Source: a virus. From it: a stretch of 64,000 nucleotides of DNA. The stretch lies in the IMG/VR virus record IMGVR_UViG_3300007760_001422, positions 1-64,000 of that record; one strand, written 5' to 3'. Shown in pieces: positions 46,708-54,941 of the stretch. Under the pieces are notes generated by a model that worked only from the letters and a program-made list of their open reading frames with translations, had not been told where the DNA came from and made no database searches. Made by a program: the position numbers and the translations under genes. Position 1 is the stretch's first letter, and each line of letters begins with the position of its first letter.

Positions 46708-49700
46708 CTATATCTCCACGTGTGCATATGCACCCTGTTTATCAATTGATATTTGCATATCAACGCAATCTTTTAAACTATCTAGGTGCGATATCAAAAG
46801 AACAATCTTAAAGTGTGTTTTAATTAGATCCAACATCCTAACAAAGCCTTCCATATTATTCTCGTCTAGAGCGGTGCCGGGCTCATCTAAAATAAATATG
46901 TTTCCTTTTGGTAGATTTGAGACAGACAACAGTGCTAGCCTTATGGCCATGGCAGCGATTGTTTTTTCTGCGCCGGAACCCAATGACAAGGGCCTAGCAT
47001 CGTGGGACGGGTGCTTGATAAACATCTTGAGTTTTTTTCCATCATCTTCAAAAAACACTTCAAAATTAACAATATTCGCTAATATTTTGGCGATTTCATT
47101 ATTAATTACCGGTAGTTTCTTTTTAATTATATCATAGGAAATACCACTAGTATGCATGCAGCGCATAAAAAGATCATATGCTGAATAAATCTCTTGAAGT
47201 TCTGACAATTCTTGCTTCTGCTCCTGCAAGTTTATTTTTTTCTGTTCTAGTGAGCCGTGCTGCTTATATAGTTCCAGCATTTCTTCTTCACACTCTTGCA
47301 ATAAGAGAGCTTGTACGTCGACTTCGGCACAAAGTTCATCTATTTCCTTTAAAATTGCCCCCTTGTTTTCAATAATTTCTTTATTTTGATAATAGTCTTC
47401 TATTTTTTCTGTTAACGCTTGAATTTCTAACTCTAAAGCATTATTTTGTATTTCCTGCTTTTCTAGCTGCAGTTTATCTGTGTTGATTTCGGTTTCTAGT
47501 TTTTCTTGTTTGCGCAAAAGCTTTTCATGTTTTTCCATGTATCGATCAAGTTTTTCTGGTTCCAATTCTGCTATTTCTTTTTCGACCTTGATGCGGCCGG
47601 CACCAAGCTTTGTACATGTGTGCTCGGTCACCTTAAGCTTGTCGATGGCAACGTATGCATCTTTAATGAATTTACAATGAGAATACTCTGACCCACAAGG
47701 CACCTCTTTAAGAAGTTCTGCCTTTTTGCTTTGATTTTTAAATTTAATTTCTTGGTTAGCAATATCGTTTATAATATTATCAAGCTGCTTTTCCTTCTCC
47801 AGAAGCAATTCCTTTTTGCCCTGCAGTTCTTCATTGTCGAATTCACTCAAAAATGCATTAATCTTTTCTAGCACTTGTTTTTTGTTGTGGTGCTTTTCTC
47901 TGAGTTTAATATTGTCAGCGATCAGGCCGGCACTAGTATTATTGCTGTTTGCAAGGCTAGATTCTAGTTCGTCAATGTTGATAATTTCTGCAGGTATCGC
48001 GTCGACTTCGCGCTCACAACTGTTAATCCTCTCTTTTGAATCATGAATTTTCACCTTAATAGCGTGACACTTGTTTGAGTGTTTTTTGGTTAATTCTTCA
48101 TTGGCTCGAAGTTCTGCGGCGGCCAGCAGTATTTCTTCATCAAACTCGCACCCTTCAAGTCTTTTTATGGCGCCCTTTACATCTGCAATATCATCTTTAG
48201 CTAGTTTATACTTTTTATCAAATATTTCTAAATCAAGAAACTTTGCTAAAATTTCTTTCCGACGCGTGGAGCCCTCGCTTATAAAATCCAAAGAGCCAAG
48301 CTGTGAGGCCATAGAAGTCAATAAAAAATCATCTAATGTACCAAAATATTTTCTTATGTGCTTGTCTGTTTCGTTTCTAGATAGACTGTTTAAACTTTGC
48401 GTCTCCCTCATAACAGGATCGTACAAACTAAAATCTACATCAGTCTTTGCCTCTAGTGTTTCTTCGCCTTTAAGTTTCTTCAGATATTTTTCTGAATGCC
48501 TGCTGATAGAATATTCTGTGTCGCCAATTGATAATTTTAATTTCCCTTGACCAAACTCTTTATTTTGGTTAATAATGTTGAGATTTTTTCTTTCACTCTT
48601 GGAAGTACTATTAAATAAAGTATACAATACACTGTCAATGATACTAGACTTACCAGAGTAATTTTTCCCAAATATTCCCACAATTCCAGAAAGTTTATTG
48701 AAATCAATTTTGTTTCCCTCGTCATAATTAAATAGGTTGTCCCACTCTAGTGTGTTCAACTTCCAATTAATATTTCTAGAGACCTCTTCATCTGATTCTA
48801 TGATCGTGTTGTATTTTCTATTTAATTTATATATACTTTCTAGCGTTTGGTCTTCGACTTGGTAGTCTTTTAAATATTCAGATATCAATTCTTCCTGTAC
48901 TGCGATGCTTCTTAAATTCTCATTAATAAGCTCGCCCGTTAGTTCATCAACATTACCGCGTTGGCCAGCCGCTCTATTAAGAAACGTTATCGATTCAGGT
49001 TTAAACCTAACTTTTGCAACATCAATTGCTTTCCTCATTTTTTCTAATGGCAAATTGTTATTCGATACCAATCTAAGACGAGCGCCATCTTGAATCTTTG
49101 TCCTGCTTGGTATGCGCCCCTTTGGGGTTAATTCTATGGTGACAAAAGGCTTGGGGTTCTTAAGCACGATGTGACGACATGTAAAAGAATCTTTATTATC
49201 AATTTCCCATAACAAAAACCCTTTATCATCTGTTTCTCCATGGTTTTGTTGAACAGTGGAGCCGGGGTATCGACAGCGACCATCATGATCTAATATTTGG
49301 TTTGTCTTGTGAATATCGCCAAGAAAAGCAAAATCATACCCTTCAAAAATTGATAAATCGTCTTCGCCGTGCTCCATAATCCACCCAAGATCTGTTCTAG
49401 AGTTCGATATAGCCCCATGATACAAAGCGATATTGATACTATCGGGATCGCTAGGATGGCACCAATTGTCGCGATCAAACACAGAAAGAACGTTAATAGT
49501 AAAGTTTTCATTTAATTTGGTTTCTCCCGAATATTTTAGAAGATGGAGTTCCGGGTGATCGAGTGCGTTAGCAATCGGAGTGAGAGCATCTTGGCGATTT
49601 GAGTTTCGTAAATTTCCATCATGATTCCCCAATATGATATATGTAGGTGCTATTGAGGCCAAATTGTTAAAAAAGTCAGAACACATTTCGACAAACTCTG

Positions 49701-49860
49701 GTGAGATTTGTGTTTTTGTGTGGGCTATATCTCCGCAATGTATGATATAATCAACCTTTTCTTCTCTCAAACTTTCATATAGTTTTTCGAAAACTTTTTT
49801 ATATTCGTAGTGATATTTTAAATTTTTAATATGGGTGTCTGCAATGTGTGCAAATTTCAT
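46708..49860 (-). CDS. fused Mre11/SbcD nuclease - Rad50/SbcC ATPase (gp47-gp46 fusion)
   Basis: HIADTH, GDIAH, GNHD, LGDIH, YPGS; Walker A GKNYSGKS, coiled coil with central Cys pair, GSGAEK, FILDEP, ISH. Confidence 0.92.
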   Translation of the reverse strand: MKFAHIADTHIKNLKYHYEYKKVFEKLYESLREEKVDYIIHCGDIAHTKTQISPEFVEMCSDFFNNLASIAPTYIILGNHDGNLRNSNRQDALTPIANALDHPELHLLKYSGETKLNENFTINVLSVFDRDNWCHPSDPDSINIALYHGAISNSRTDLGWIMEHGEDDLSIFEGYDFAFLGDIHKTNQILDHDGRCRYPGSTVQQNHGETDDKGFLLWEIDNKDSFTCRHIVLKNPKPFVTIELTPKGRIPSRTKIQDGARLRLVSNNNLPLEKMRKAIDVAKVRFKPESITFLNRAAGQRGNVDELTGELINENLRSIAVQEELISEYLKDYQVEDQTLESIYKLNRKYNTIIESDEEVSRNINWKLNTLEWDNLFNYDEGNKIDFNKLSGIVGIFGKNYSGKSSIIDSVLYTLFNSTSKSERKNLNIINQNKEFGQGKLKLSIGDTEYSISRHSEKYLKKLKGEETLEAKTDVDFSLYDPVMRETQSLNSLSRNETDKHIRKYFGTLDDFLLTSMASQLGSLDFISEGSTRRKEILAKFLDLEIFDKKYKLAKDDIADVKGAIKRLEGCEFDEEILLAAAELRANEELTKKHSNKCHAIKVKIHDSKERINSCEREVDAIPAEIINIDELESSLANSNNTSAGLIADNIKLREKHHNKKQVLEKINAFLSEFDNEELQGKKELLLEKEKQLDNIINDIANQEIKFKNQSKKAELLKEVPCGSEYSHCKFIKDAYVAIDKLKVTEHTCTKLGAGRIKVEKEIAELEPEKLDRYMEKHEKLLRKQEKLETEINTDKLQLEKQEIQNNALELEIQALTEKIEDYYQNKEIIENKGAILKEIDELCAEVDVQALLLQECEEEMLELYKQHGSLEQKKINLQEQKQELSELQEIYSAYDLFMRCMHTSGISYDIIKKKLPVINNEIAKILANIVNFEVFFEDDGKKLKMFIKHPSHDARPLSLGSGAEKTIAAMAIRLALLSVSNLPKGNIFILDEPGTALDENNMEGFVRMLDLIKTHFKIVLLISHLDSLKDCVDMQISIDKQGAYAHVEI

Positions 49861-50111
49861 AGCTTGGTATTCATCCTATGTATTCTCCAAAGACCTGCTC
49901 TCATTCTTCGGGTTGCGTCTGTTGAGCCACATACTTCAAATGCAACAAAAATATCATTCCACCGTATGTGAATATCGTCATCGCCTAGGCGCTTGTTGGT
50001 TCGAACCTCTAGAACATATCCAATTATGCTTCTATTCATCTCTTCGTCCCAACACGTAATAAGGTCACCAACTCTAAACGGGTGACTTCTTTTTTTAACA
50101 ATATAATTCAC
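49857..50111 (-). CDS. hypothetical protein
   Basis: 84 aa, FRVGDLI; directly behind a sigma70 promoter. Confidence 0.55.
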   Translation of the reverse strand: MNYIVKKRSHPFRVGDLITCWDEEMNRSIIGYVLEVRTNKRLGDDDIHIRWNDIFVAFEVCGSTDATRRMRAGLWRIHRMNTKL

Positions 50112-50119
50112 GCTATAGT

Positions 50120-50148
50120 ATTCTAGTATACATTATAACACATGTCAA
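50120..50148 (-). promoter_or_regulatory. sigma70-type early promoter
   Basis: TTGACA-17 bp-TAGAAT. Confidence 0.75.
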
Positions 50149-50149
50149 G

Positions 50150-51079
50150 CTAAATTTGCATTATTTCATGCATCATGAGAGAGCCGGCATTAAATAAGAC
50201 CGCCTCTTGTTTTCTCCTTTCAAATTCTCCCCTCGCCATAGAGCCCACATCTTCTTGGCCCGAAGTGTCAATTTTATATATTTCAATTCCATATTGAAGC
50301 ATTGTTTTTATTATTCTAAGTGCCTTTTTCTCCGCATCTTCATCGAGCGCAATGTATATTTTAGAACAATTATTAATTATTTTCGAAAATAAATTGGAAT
50401 TATCTCTTATGGTGGAGCCTAGAAGGGGAAGAGCGTTGCCTGCAACAACCGCATCAAATATGCCCTCCACGATAATTATATCCTGTTTCCAGTCAATGTA
50501 TAACTCGTTAAAGACTATATCTTTTGATGCAGGGGGGTTTTTGTATTTTGGCCATTCATTGGCATAATTGCGAGCAATATAATAATTACAGCGACCATCA
50601 ATATTAAATGATGGAAAAATAATTCTATTTTTATATTCCCCCTCGTGACAATATCCTATTTTCCATTTTAAGATATCTTCTTTAAAAATGTTGCGTTCCT
50701 TGAGATACGAGAGTGCGGTGTTTGCAGAGGGGGGCAATTTCTTGTTGCCCAAAAAAATAAAACCTTCCGGCAATTCTAGCCACTGTGGTTGTTCTGTTTC
50801 TTTTTGGCTTGAAAAAATATTGTCAAACTCTGATATATCAACCGTATTAGAAAGCTTTCTCCACTCTGCCTTCTGCGAATACGTACCGTATCTATTGACT
50901 ATTTTTCTAACATTGCCGTGTGAATCACAGACCCAACACTTATATGCATTGATGTCTAAATTTATACTTAATTTTCTTTTGTGGTGATTGCAGTATGGAC
51001 AAAAGAAAAGGTGTTCTCCGCCTGAAAAATAATAGCTCCCTAGAACACCTTTGATTATTGCTAACTTTTCTTTTTCCAA
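50150..51079 (-). CDS. DNA primase (zinc finger + TOPRIM)
   Basis: CPYC..HH..CWVC, YLKER, RIIFP, KYKNP, IVEGIFDA, ALDEDA. Confidence 0.92.
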   Translation of the reverse strand: MEKEKLAIIKGVLGSYYFSGGEHLFFCPYCNHHKRKLSINLDINAYKCWVCDSHGNVRKIVNRYGTYSQKAEWRKLSNTVDISEFDNIFSSQKETEQPQWLELPEGFIFLGNKKLPPSANTALSYLKERNIFKEDILKWKIGYCHEGEYKNRIIFPSFNIDGRCNYYIARNYANEWPKYKNPPASKDIVFNELYIDWKQDIIIVEGIFDAVVAGNALPLLGSTIRDNSNLFSKIINNCSKIYIALDEDAEKKALRIIKTMLQYGIEIYKIDTSGQEDVGSMARGEFERRKQEAVLFNAGSLMMHEIMQI

Positions 51080-51585
51080 AGTTTTAAACCTGCTTTGGCA
51101 ATTACAACACTATCTGCCATATCATATGAGCCCTTTACAGGGTTTCCGTATTTTGTATATGATATACTAAAGTCTTCCTCGTTGTCAAGCAAATATTTTA
51201 AAACAATCTCTTTCGATTTTTCACCACGCTTAATGTGAATCCCGCATGCCTTTCTTGCAGTGGACGCACGAAGCTGACTAGGGCCAGCATTAAAAGTCTC
51301 TTTACATATCCACGACACGGCTCCATTAAACCTTTGCAGCTTCGATATGGTTTGGGCCGAGCTAAACCCCGACTTAAATCCCATCAAGGGCTCCTCAATA
51401 AAAACAGCCTTTATTTTAAAGAGTTCTTTGATTGAGCGCAGTCTTTTTTTTATGATATATAATTTATCATAAAATGAAGAATTTGGTCTATCGGTTCTCC
51501 AAGCCTCACAAAAAATAAGTTTTCCCTCATCGTTGATCACGGACGCACCGGTGATCGATGTTGAAACATCAAGTCCTAAAATCAT
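51061..51585 (-). CDS. RuvC-like Holliday junction resolvase
   Basis: ILGLDVSTSITG, VFIEEP, YDMADSVVIA. Confidence 0.85.
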   Translation of the reverse strand: MILGLDVSTSITGASVINDEGKLIFCEAWRTDRPNSSFYDKLYIIKKRLRSIKELFKIKAVFIEEPLMGFKSGFSSAQTISKLQRFNGAVSWICKETFNAGPSQLRASTARKACGIHIKRGEKSKEIVLKYLLDNEEDFSISYTKYGNPVKGSYDMADSVVIAKAGLKLWKKKS

Positions 51586-51586
51586 T

Positions 51587-52783
51587 TTATATATCCAATT
51601 TTATTTTAAAAGTATATTCGTCTTTTTCTCTTTTTCTTACTGGCGTGGCTACCTTTGCGATTCCAATCAAGTTTCTATTTTTATCATACACGCCAATCTT
51701 GCTTATAAAAACTTGCTTTTCAAAACTAGCCGAATAGTTATAAAAAGAACTGCTAATTGTGTTTTTAATTGCAGCCTTTTTTTCCTCCACAAACAAAGCA
51801 GAACTGGTTATTGCACCTGTCATGTGTCCATATTTAACATATGTGGGGTTGTTAGAGTGGTTTAGCTTCGCGCTTGGGGCGTGAGCCAGCATTGTTAACG
51901 TATGAGCATAAGAAGTGCCGCTGAAGGCCATGTGGAAGCTGGCGCTGGGTGCTGCTATGTTGCCCGACATAGATTGTCCAAAATATATCCACTTTGGCTC
52001 ATCATATACGGGCGTTGCTGGTGCAGATGGATTTAAATAATACCAATCTTGATTTGATCCGCCCCACGCGTCGGTTGTTGCTGACTCCCGTGACAGCCTC
52101 CAGCTTCCTGTCAAAAGAATGAAACCTTCATTATACAATACAACTCCGGCAACTGAGCCGGTACTAGTACCAGAAACCTCTATAAGTGTACCATCTCGAT
52201 TTTTATCTCTTAATTCACCGACTAGTGTTCCTGTTATATAATATTTTAGACTAACAGAGCCCTTCTTAATATTTGTTCCGTAAAATATAGATGGTATACT
52301 CACCAAGCCAACATCTTGTTGATCCTTGTCGCCGGTAATAGACGAAGAGTATATGTAATGACTGTTTAGTGGGGTATAGTAATTTAAAGTATTTTTTAAG
52401 GCGCTCAACTCTGTGCGCGTAGTGTTTAAAGCGGTGGAAAAGTATAATTTAGACACACTAGCAGACAAAGGAAAACTAGCAGACATCACATCGCCATAGT
52501 TGCTAGTGTTAAAAGCCGTTGTTGAAACCGTTTTAAACGCCTCTAGGGCGCCGTCCTTTGTTACAAACGGGTATATTAAATTATCTGTCTCTCTATTGAT
52601 GTTTAATTCATACAAACTTACATGCCCGTCTTCGGTGTGCAATATATTATCAACATGTGTGCCGCTTATATTTTGTGCATTATTATAGTATGTCGAGCCA
52701 CTGTAAATAAAGAATTCGCACTTTGGATACATCTTTATTCTACTAGAATATATATCGTTATTTAAAAACTTGTAATAAGGCAT
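51587..52783 (-). CDS. putative baseplate/tail structural protein
   Basis: Ser/Thr-rich; C-terminal IGVYDKNRNLIGIAKVATPVRK, paralogous to 52807-53946. Confidence 0.65.
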   Translation of the reverse strand: MPYYKFLNNDIYSSRIKMYPKCEFFIYSGSTYYNNAQNISGTHVDNILHTEDGHVSLYELNINRETDNLIYPFVTKDGALEAFKTVSTTAFNTSNYGDVMSASFPLSASVSKLYFSTALNTTRTELSALKNTLNYYTPLNSHYIYSSSITGDKDQQDVGLVSIPSIFYGTNIKKGSVSLKYYITGTLVGELRDKNRDGTLIEVSGTSTGSVAGVVLYNEGFILLTGSWRLSRESATTDAWGGSNQDWYYLNPSAPATPVYDEPKWIYFGQSMSGNIAAPSASFHMAFSGTSYAHTLTMLAHAPSAKLNHSNNPTYVKYGHMTGAITSSALFVEEKKAAIKNTISSSFYNYSASFEKQVFISKIGVYDKNRNLIGIAKVATPVRKREKDEYTFKIKLDI

Positions 52784-52790
52784 TATACCA

Positions 52791-52797
52791 TAAATAG
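52791..52797 (-). promoter_or_regulatory. putative late promoter motif CTATTTA, 7 nt before ATG
   Basis: Recurrent heptamer; no SD between it and the start codon. Confidence 0.5.
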
Positions 52798-52806
52798 TAT
52801 TTGAAG

Positions 52807-53946
52807 TTAATAATCTAATCTAACTCTTAGAGTAAATTCGGTTGTTGGATCCTTCTTCAGCGGCTCGGATAATTTTGCCACCGCTAGTAAATCATTATCT
52901 GCTGAATACAATCCTATTGTCGTAACATAACTTACCGGACTATCAGAGCTTTTGTTTTTAACCTGCATCTTGCTGCTGGAAAGATAAGTTGGATTTGAGC
53001 TATAGTTGTAATCGTTGTGGTTCACTCGACAGAAATAAATCGATGAATTTAGCTCTGTTGTATTATTAAACTGCACACTGTGCAACATATTTCTAACTCC
53101 ATCGCACGAGGAAGAAATGGCCGAGGCGGACAGGACTGCTGCAATTGAACCCGTGTCGTATGTTGCGCCCGGGGCCCCGAAAGGCGAAGTCGACAGCATT
53201 TGAGTTGCGTGAGCGCCGTTCAATCCAATCCATGTGCTTCCGGAGTGGAAAGCAGAAGCAGTAACCACTGCCACGCCAGCCTGATAAAATATCAAACCAC
53301 GTCGATCAACAGTTTTAGTTGCCGCTGTTCTTTGTCGTGCATCAACATCTGCATATAGAATGCCATATTCGCCAGCGGGGGAATTTGTTCTATAATCATT
53401 TGTCGCATTATAATCTTCAAGAATGGTCTTTTGTTCCCAGTTGCTACCACTAATTTCGGGACATGCGGCGCCGCCGGCTGTTGTTTGTGAGTGCGATAAC
53501 AAAGTTAATACAAAAGAGCCCTTCTTAATTTCGTCTTTGTGTAGCAGTCTGGAAAAGTTTATAAACACTACCTCATTCATTACGGTGCCGCCAGTAAGAT
53601 CACCGTCCTCATCAAAGAGCCTAATGTTTCCATCTTCATCATGACCCATCAACAATTGGGCCATCTGATTATATATGTTAATTTTTTTGGCATTGTCCGT
53701 ATTGGCAGAACTAGACAACTTCGAACCAGTAGAATATCCGACAGCGAGATCAAAAATATGATTTGCCGAAGAACTTAAATAAGGGTAATCATATACACTT
53801 TGAAACATGCCGTGTGCATAATTTTTTACATTTTCATTATTATATGTTCCGGAAACGATTGTGCCCGTTATTGGGATGGCTTCGTGAAGCAATGTTCTTG
53901 TTGTTGTTCTGTCATTGTCTAAAAATGCTTTAAATGATGTTGCCAT
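52807..53946 (-). CDS. putative baseplate/tail structural protein
   Basis: EIKKGSF, NYSSNPTY, IGLYSADNDLLAVAKLSEPLKK...LRVRLDY. Confidence 0.65.
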   Translation of the reverse strand: MATSFKAFLDNDRTTTRTLLHEAIPITGTIVSGTYNNENVKNYAHGMFQSVYDYPYLSSSANHIFDLAVGYSTGSKLSSSANTDNAKKINIYNQMAQLLMGHDEDGNIRLFDEDGDLTGGTVMNEVVFINFSRLLHKDEIKKGSFVLTLLSHSQTTAGGAACPEISGSNWEQKTILEDYNATNDYRTNSPAGEYGILYADVDARQRTAATKTVDRRGLIFYQAGVAVVTASAFHSGSTWIGLNGAHATQMLSTSPFGAPGATYDTGSIAAVLSASAISSSCDGVRNMLHSVQFNNTTELNSSIYFCRVNHNDYNYSSNPTYLSSSKMQVKNKSSDSPVSYVTTIGLYSADNDLLAVAKLSEPLKKDPTTEFTLRVRLDY

Positions 53947-53949
53947 GTT

Positions 53950-54885
53950 TTATACCTTCTTTATGAATCTAACTGGTAGATCTATTCTATATCCTGTTGT
54001 GGCGCCAGTAATTCTTATCGTTGAATCAATAGCATTCATTGCGTCACTGCTAGGGCTTACCGTTACCGTGTTGGTGAGTCCTATTTGTTCGAATAAAAAC
54101 GTGCTAGTGTTCAATTCGATGGACGCCTTAATTTTAAACTGAAGCCTTGTGCCACGTGGCCCAGTGATGACTTCATTTTTGGCCTTTTGATCTCCGGTGC
54201 CACCAATTATTTTTTTCTTTTCGGGCCACGTATCCAAGACCAAATCGGTATTAACCCCGAGAGAGACAAAGTAGCTGGCTATTTGGTCGTCATCGATATA
54301 TGAAACTGCCTGTGGTGCGCCGGCAAGGTTTGTTAATTGGCCTAGCCGATTGTCCATTTCAATAATGTATTGCCTTTCTACCAAATCTGCATCTAGGTCA
54401 AACTTTGCCGAGATGTCTCCTGTGTGCAGGCCTTGATCAATCGTGATGCCGGCATCAAACGCAGCAGGGTTCGCACCAAATATGATTCCGTTGCTAGAGT
54501 TGGCATCGCTTAAACTGTTCTCTGTGTCGTCGTCGACGGCAATTACATATGGGCCAGAGCTGTGTTGTGCGCTTTGGTGATTCGCATTTATCTTCATGAT
54601 TGGCAAATATAATAAATTGGTTCTAGGGATTGAAATCAACTTTGATTTCATGACACTAGTGTTGTTTGTTAGTGCCTCTATAATCGGTGTTTGTAAAATT
54701 TCTAAATCATAATAAGCGCTACCGGAAGCGTGTCCCTTATTATAGCTTCCGTAATTAATTTCATCATCGGCTAGCGCAAATTTTACAATTTTAAAAGAGC
54801 CGTCGCCCCGAGATAGCCTCTGTCTTCCTGAATCTGTTAAAACGGCGTCTAAAATAATATCACCAGAGTTGTCTAAAAATGCCAT
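53950..54885 (-). CDS. putative baseplate/tail structural protein
   Basis: DAVLTDSGRQRLS...FALADDEINY; AAGGAG RBS; CTAATTA at 54906-54912. Confidence 0.65.
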   Translation of the reverse strand: MAFLDNSGDIILDAVLTDSGRQRLSRGDGSFKIVKFALADDEINYGSYNKGHASGSAYYDLEILQTPIIEALTNNTSVMKSKLISIPRTNLLYLPIMKINANHQSAQHSSGPYVIAVDDDTENSLSDANSSNGIIFGANPAAFDAGITIDQGLHTGDISAKFDLDADLVERQYIIEMDNRLGQLTNLAGAPQAVSYIDDDQIASYFVSLGVNTDLVLDTWPEKKKIIGGTGDQKAKNEVITGPRGTRLQFKIKASIELNTSTFLFEQIGLTNTVTVSPSSDAMNAIDSTIRITGATTGYRIDLPVRFIKKV

Positions 54886-54941
54886 TGTTTAGCTCCTTTT
54901 CCTTATAATTAGTATCAAATTTTTCTTTTTTATTGTTTTTA

